A stretch of 50,414 nucleotides of DNA from Shigella phage vB_SsoS_008. Of the stretch, positions 46,655 to 50,414 are shown in pieces (the first letter of the stretch is position 1; each line of letters opens with the position of its first letter). The notes beneath the pieces were generated by a model. That model was not told the DNA's origin and did not search any database. It was given only the letters and a program-made list of their open reading frames with translations. Position numbers and translations under genes: made by a program. The stretch lies in sequence record MK335533. The stretch is one strand, 5' to 3'.

Positions 46655-46994
46655 TGCCTTTTTTTACGTGAAGGAGTAACTCCCCCTCCTGGTCGCAAAG
46701 ATTATGCTCGCTTTCGCCGTTGGACCTCATTGAAGTGAGTAACAATTGTAACAACCCTTGTTCAAATTCCTCTTTCGTAAGCTGGAGTCTTGCGCACAAT
46801 CTGACGTTCCGATCTATCAATGTTTCTACGTTCGCCAAACAATTCTTCATCACTCATTTCTCCAATGTGCTCCATCTCCCACGTATATCGATTGTTGTAG
46901 CCATCAATACACATCAGCTTCATCATTACCGGCTATACGATCTTTCCCTTGCACCAGTAAACTCCATCCTTGCGATCTAAGTAACCCTCAGTTT

Positions 46995-47168
46995 TTCAAC
47001 GAGCGCAAAACTCCTTAGATAGCGCGCTTGTAAATTCACGGCGAGTCATTCCAGCAGCCTTAGCAAAACGCTCCTGTTCCTTGTGGGCGTATACCAAAAT
47101 CGCTATGTGCTGTCGAGTGTATTTGTCGTAACCTTCGCAGAACCTGAACAGATCTAAAAGAAGAAGCA
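46995..47168 (-). CDS. small hypothetical protein, possible HTH
   Basis: 57 aa ORF MLLLLDLFRFCEGYDKYTRQHIAILVYAHKEQERFAKAAGMTRREFTSAL...; below ORF-track cutoff. Confidence 0.3.
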
Positions 47169-47247
47169 TATTATTAACCCATCAGTCGAGGATTGATGAA
47201 AACAATATCATCAATGTCAATAGTGTAGTTCATCTCTTCGAGCGTGA

Positions 47248-48741
47248 TCAGCAGGCTATCCCCACTCTCAGATACTTTCTGTTGACCGTTGAACGGCGTA
47301 ACGTTCCGGCACTTTGCAAGAGGTGATGAATAGGAGCGCGCCCTTTATTCTTCTTTGCGATCTCAGTGATAACATCAATCAGCTTCAGAGATTCAGCCTC
47401 ATCACCAGCATACCTTAGGGCGCTGGCAGACGACAGATAAAAATTGGAAAGCTCATTGAAGATCATGACCCTTTCCTGCATCGTTTCAAGGTCAATCTCA
47501 CGGTTGGAACGGTTCGGTGATTCACCCTCCCAATTCTCCGGTTGCTGGAGAACTGAAGCAATACGCAAGGGTAGCTTATCGAACTTTCCGAATCTGCCGC
47601 GAAGCATTGAGTGAGAGTATTTCCCCGTACTGGCGAAATCCGGCTCCATCGCCTGACGCGCAAGGTTTAATTCACGCATAGCATTACGACTTACAGAAAG
47701 AACAACGTTTTCCTCCTTCATAATGTTGTGCACGAGTCTGTAATATTTGCTAACCAGTCCGCGATCTACTTCCTTATACAGTGCATCACCATTTTCATCA
47801 CAAAGAATACGAGTACCTAAAAGAGGTTCCTCACGAACAAATAGGAAACGCTCAGATACGCCGATGCCGCGCTGGCCTGCGTCCATGATACCCTTGATTG
47901 TTTCATCCTGAGCAATAACGCAGATGGAACCGACCGGGCAAAGAGACAAGTTATTGTCCTGGTTTGAACGCGCGACCTCCATATGGTTTTTATCCCACGC
48001 CTTAAGGATAAGCTCACTGTTTGATTTCTTGTCTGAACCCCCATACGTCAGGCCGAGCAATGTATTGATTGCCGTTGCCTCATCAGATATTACGGAAAAG
48101 TGACCTTGAACAGCAGCTACTTTCGCTAGACCTTTGCCAGTAGGATCTGATACCGCGAAAACAATATCAGCCATCTTCTTGATCTTCTCTTCCAGTTTTT
48201 CCTTGTCCTCGTACAGAGCCGCCGTCGTGTTACCCTTCGGGTCGTTTTTGATTTCCTTCTCGACCTGACGTAGCTGACTGGTTAAACGGATAAATTCCTT
48301 TTTTCGCTCTTCATTCAGTCGCTGAATCTCTGCGCGCATAGGCGTAATCGCCGCTGAGTTAATCGCTGATTTGCCTGTTGATGGTGGCTGGCTGATTACC
48401 ATGTAAAGAGCTGTCGGCTGTTCTTCTCCGTGATATTGCACCCAAAACTTCCCGAGCATCGCGGCTGAGATGCAACCAATAAAATGAGCATACGCGGACG
48501 AAACAGGGAACTGTACAGACTCGGCTTTTGCTTTTGCATATTCGAATACCAAGTTATCGCCACCTAACGAAATCAGAGGGAACTTATCGTTTCCGCTGTT
48601 GATATCGATCGGGTCTTGCCAAAAAGAAACTGAATCCCCGTAGCTGTTTTCACGAATTGCGATCGCCACCGGATTAACTCCAGTGCTATTTGCGATCTCA
48701 AATGCCTGTTGGTAATTCAGTTTTGGCTTAATATTAAACAT
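47248..48741 (-). CDS. P-loop NTPase, primase/helicase-like replication protein
   Basis: AAGGAG RBS and ATG at 48741 (MFNIKPKL...); Walker A-like QPPSTGKSAI; about 500 aa; C-terminus may be affected by an indel. Confidence 0.45.
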   Translation of the reverse strand: MFNIKPKLNYQQAFEIANSTGVNPVAIAIRENSYGDSVSFWQDPIDINSGNDKFPLISLGGDNLVFEYAKAKAESVQFPVSSAYAHFIGCISAAMLGKFWVQYHGEEQPTALYMVISQPPSTGKSAINSAAITPMRAEIQRLNEERKKEFIRLTSQLRQVEKEIKNDPKGNTTAALYEDKEKLEEKIKKMADIVFAVSDPTGKGLAKVAAVQGHFSVISDEATAINTLLGLTYGGSDKKSNSELILKAWDKNHMEVARSNQDNNLSLCPVGSICVIAQDETIKGIMDAGQRGIGVSERFLFVREEPLLGTRILCDENGDALYKEVDRGLVSKYYRLVHNIMKEENVVLSVSRNAMRELNLARQAMEPDFASTGKYSHSMLRGRFGKFDKLPLRIASVLQQPENWEGESPNRSNREIDLETMQERVMIFNELSNFYLSSASALRYAGDEAESLKLIDVITEIAKKNKGRAPIHHLLQSAGTLRRSTVNRKYLRVGIAC

Positions 48742-48754
48742 CACAATAAACTCC

Positions 48755-49186
48755 TTAGTTGACGGCGTGAATGATACACCGCCAATGGTACACGCGTTTT
48801 TCAAAAAATGCTATTCGATCAAAGATGTAACCAGCTACGCCACCGAGAGCGCGACCGCTTTCAACCTGGTAACGCTTGCCAACTTTGAATGATTTTTTCA
48901 TTGGGTTGCGATGGTCAAGTCCGGTGCACTTGAGCGTCTTTGTTTTCAACTCGTTGAACTTCGCGAAGAAGATTTCATCAGATCCGACAATATGTAATTC
49001 CACATGCTTTTCAAGTTTTAAATACTTGCCGCATTTTAACTTGAACCGCTGAGTGCCATCCAGACGCTCACGACCTTTGTATAGGTTGTTTACTTCAAAT
49101 CCTGTGATTTTATCTGCGTGAGTGCATTGGGACTGATGGATTTCATCGTCGGTTAACTCCTGAGTAATTATCTTGAATAAGGTCAT
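48755..49186 (-). CDS. hypothetical protein
   Basis: 143 aa ORF; 3' end reads through the downstream promoter-like element, so the true stop may lie earlier. Confidence 0.4.
   Translation of the reverse strand: MTLFKIITQELTDDEIHQSQCTHADKITGFEVNNLYKGRERLDGTQRFKLKCGKYLKLEKHVELHIVGSDEIFFAKFNELKTKTLKCTGLDHRNPMKKSFKVGKRYQVESGRALGGVAGYIFDRIAFFEKRVYHWRCIIHAVN
48771..48815 (-). promoter_or_regulatory. conserved bipartite promoter-like element upstream of the primase-like gene
   Basis: Minus strand: ATAGCATTTTTTGAAA, 22 bp spacer, TATCAT, then AAGGAG RBS and ATG. Confidence 0.5.
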
Positions 49187-49229
49187 TTTATCAAATGACC
49201 TTACGGCAATATTAACAAATCGTGCTATT
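49185..49229 (-). promoter_or_regulatory. conserved bipartite promoter-like element
   Basis: Minus strand: ATAGCAC GAT TTGTTA, 22 bp spacer, TAAAAT; the -10-like hexamer overlaps the annotated ATG of the downstream ORF. Confidence 0.4.
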
Positions 49230-49668
49230 TACCAGGGAATATAATCGTCGTCGTCCTCACTAATATCATCACCGGGTAACTCGAAGTTTGGATCGTATTC
49301 GCTTTCTTAGTCCATATCCATATTCCCGTAAGCGTCGTCAAGTGTAATTTCTTTATATGCAACCTTGATACACCATTCGGCACTAAGCCCGGCATCAAGA
49401 GCGGCAAAATAACGAGTACAGAAATTATCTTGTTCCATTTGGTAACTCCATGAATTAATGTAAATCGAGTTAGCCTCAAGCGTAGCGCGCACATCAGCAT
49501 CTGTTGCATTTATCAGTCGCGAGCCTGGCGTGCTGCCGATAACGTTATTACCGTTCTGAGTCTTAGTTACCGTCATTGAAATAAAACCGGAAGAGCAATC
49601 CATTTTGATAACTATCTTGCCTCGTCAACGCAGGTGCTTGATGATATGAACAACTGCGATGCTCATCT
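49230..49668 (-). CDS. hypothetical protein with acidic C-terminal tail ending DDDDYIPW, apparent frameshifts
   Basis: AAGGA RBS and ATG at 49668; body in ORF 49307..49603; an adjacent frame ends ESEYDPNFELPGDDISEDDDDYIPW at about 49230. Confidence 0.35.
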
Positions 49669-49698
49669 TTAATTCCTTTGTTTGTTTGGATAAAGAGT

Positions 49699-49743
49699 AA
49701 TATACCTTACTCCCTATTTGTTGTCTTTAGCTATTCGTGCTAT
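49699..49743 (-). promoter_or_regulatory. conserved bipartite promoter-like element
   Basis: Minus strand: ATAGCAC GAA TAGCTA, about 22 bp spacer, TATATT. Confidence 0.45.
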
Positions 49744-49882
49744 CAGTACTCGGAAATTACTTGGCACTCCTTGATTGTGCCACCTAGAACTACTTTCTGC
49801 ATGCCTGCTTTTTGGCGGCTATCGTAAACGATAACATTTTTTACGCTGTTAAACTTGCCGTACTAGAAAGTGTGAATGTAAA

Positions 49883-50203
49883 TCATTTTTTACCGTCCCA
49901 AGTTTGATACGCCGATGTTAGGTTGATGCTATGGTCGAACTCATCAATGCTGAGAGATCCGATTCGAACCAGCTCTTTTTTGTGCTTAATATCAATCATC
50001 CGGCTATATGGATGACCTGGCACGTATTTGAAAAGTCGCTTGCTGTCAGCAATGTCAGCGTTGATCCCGTAGAATCGGCCTACCGCCGCCTTCACGCGCT
50101 CCATGATGTTTTTTTCGTGGATTGCCGCCGCGTTATTCAATGCCGCGACCGTACTTCCGTTAATCTTCGAAATCTTCGTTGTGATCTTGTAAGTGTGGTT
50201 CAT
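49883..50203 (-). CDS. hypothetical protein
   Basis: GGGGG RBS before ATG at 50203 (MNHTYKITTK...); 106 aa. Confidence 0.5.
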   Translation of the reverse strand: MNHTYKITTKISKINGSTVAALNNAAAIHEKNIMERVKAAVGRFYGINADIADSKRLFKYVPGHPYSRMIDIKHKKELVRIGSLSIDEFDHSINLTSAYQTWDGKK

Positions 50204-50414
50204 TATTCCCCCTAATACTGGAGGATAGCTTTCGAGCTTCATCAATGATAACAGGTTCGAGACGCTCAAGTCGAACGCTGAACGTGTCGTTAAATCCCTC
50301 GTTGTTCTTCAATAGCTCGAATGCGTCCGTAGCGCGGATGGCGCTACTGCCCATGTAGACGATCACTTTTTTCTGAGTCTTTCGTGAGATCGCAACCACG
50401 CGGTAGATATATCC
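50160..50414 (-). CDS. hypothetical protein, partial (5' end beyond window end); paralog of the gene at the window start
   Basis: Reads ...IYRVVAISRKTQKKVIVYMGSSAIRATDAFELL...; the first about 100 nt are roughly 85 percent identical to positions 1-105; 3' end uncertain. Confidence 0.45.
   Translation of the reverse strand, partial: GYIYRVVAISRKTQKKVIVYMGSSAIRATDAFELLKNNEGFNDTFSVRLERLEPVIIDEARKLSSSIRGNNEPHLQDHNEDFED

Overview
The window reads as most of the genome of a virulent siphovirus of enterobacteria with T1-like (Drexlerviridae-like) gene content; the family assignment is inference from gene content, not a database match. Modules in order: a minus-strand block (1-1.9 kb, including a cytosine-5 methyltransferase-like gene); a divergent AT-rich control region (1.9-2.5 kb); a plus-strand early block of small genes (2.5-12 kb, including ASCH/DUF3850-like, HAD phosphatase-like and P-loop kinase genes); a structural module (12-32.3 kb: large terminase, portal, scaffold, two decoration-like proteins, major capsid, head-tail proteins, lambda-type tail set V, G/GT, H, M, L, K, I, J); a minus-strand lipoprotein; an iteron-rich divergent region (33.5-34 kb); a recombination module (exonuclease, Erf-like annealing protein, SSB); a minus-strand tail fibre; replication genes (Zn-ribbon primase-like, HTH protein, SF2 helicase, VRR-NUC nuclease, Dam methyltransferase); a phosphoesterase; a lysis cassette (lysozyme-like protein, unimolecular spanin); and a final minus-strand block with a P-loop primase-like gene. 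No integrase, repressor, tRNA or CRISPR array was recognised. Two caveats dominate. First, many recognisable genes (terminase, portal, capsid, tape measure, J and others) are split across reading frames by apparent indels, so boundaries are approximate and either assembly error or pseudogenisation must be assumed. Second, all product calls rest on motifs read by eye, with no searches run. The most notable signal is a conserved bipartite promoter-like element present in about 18 copies upstream of early and replication genes.
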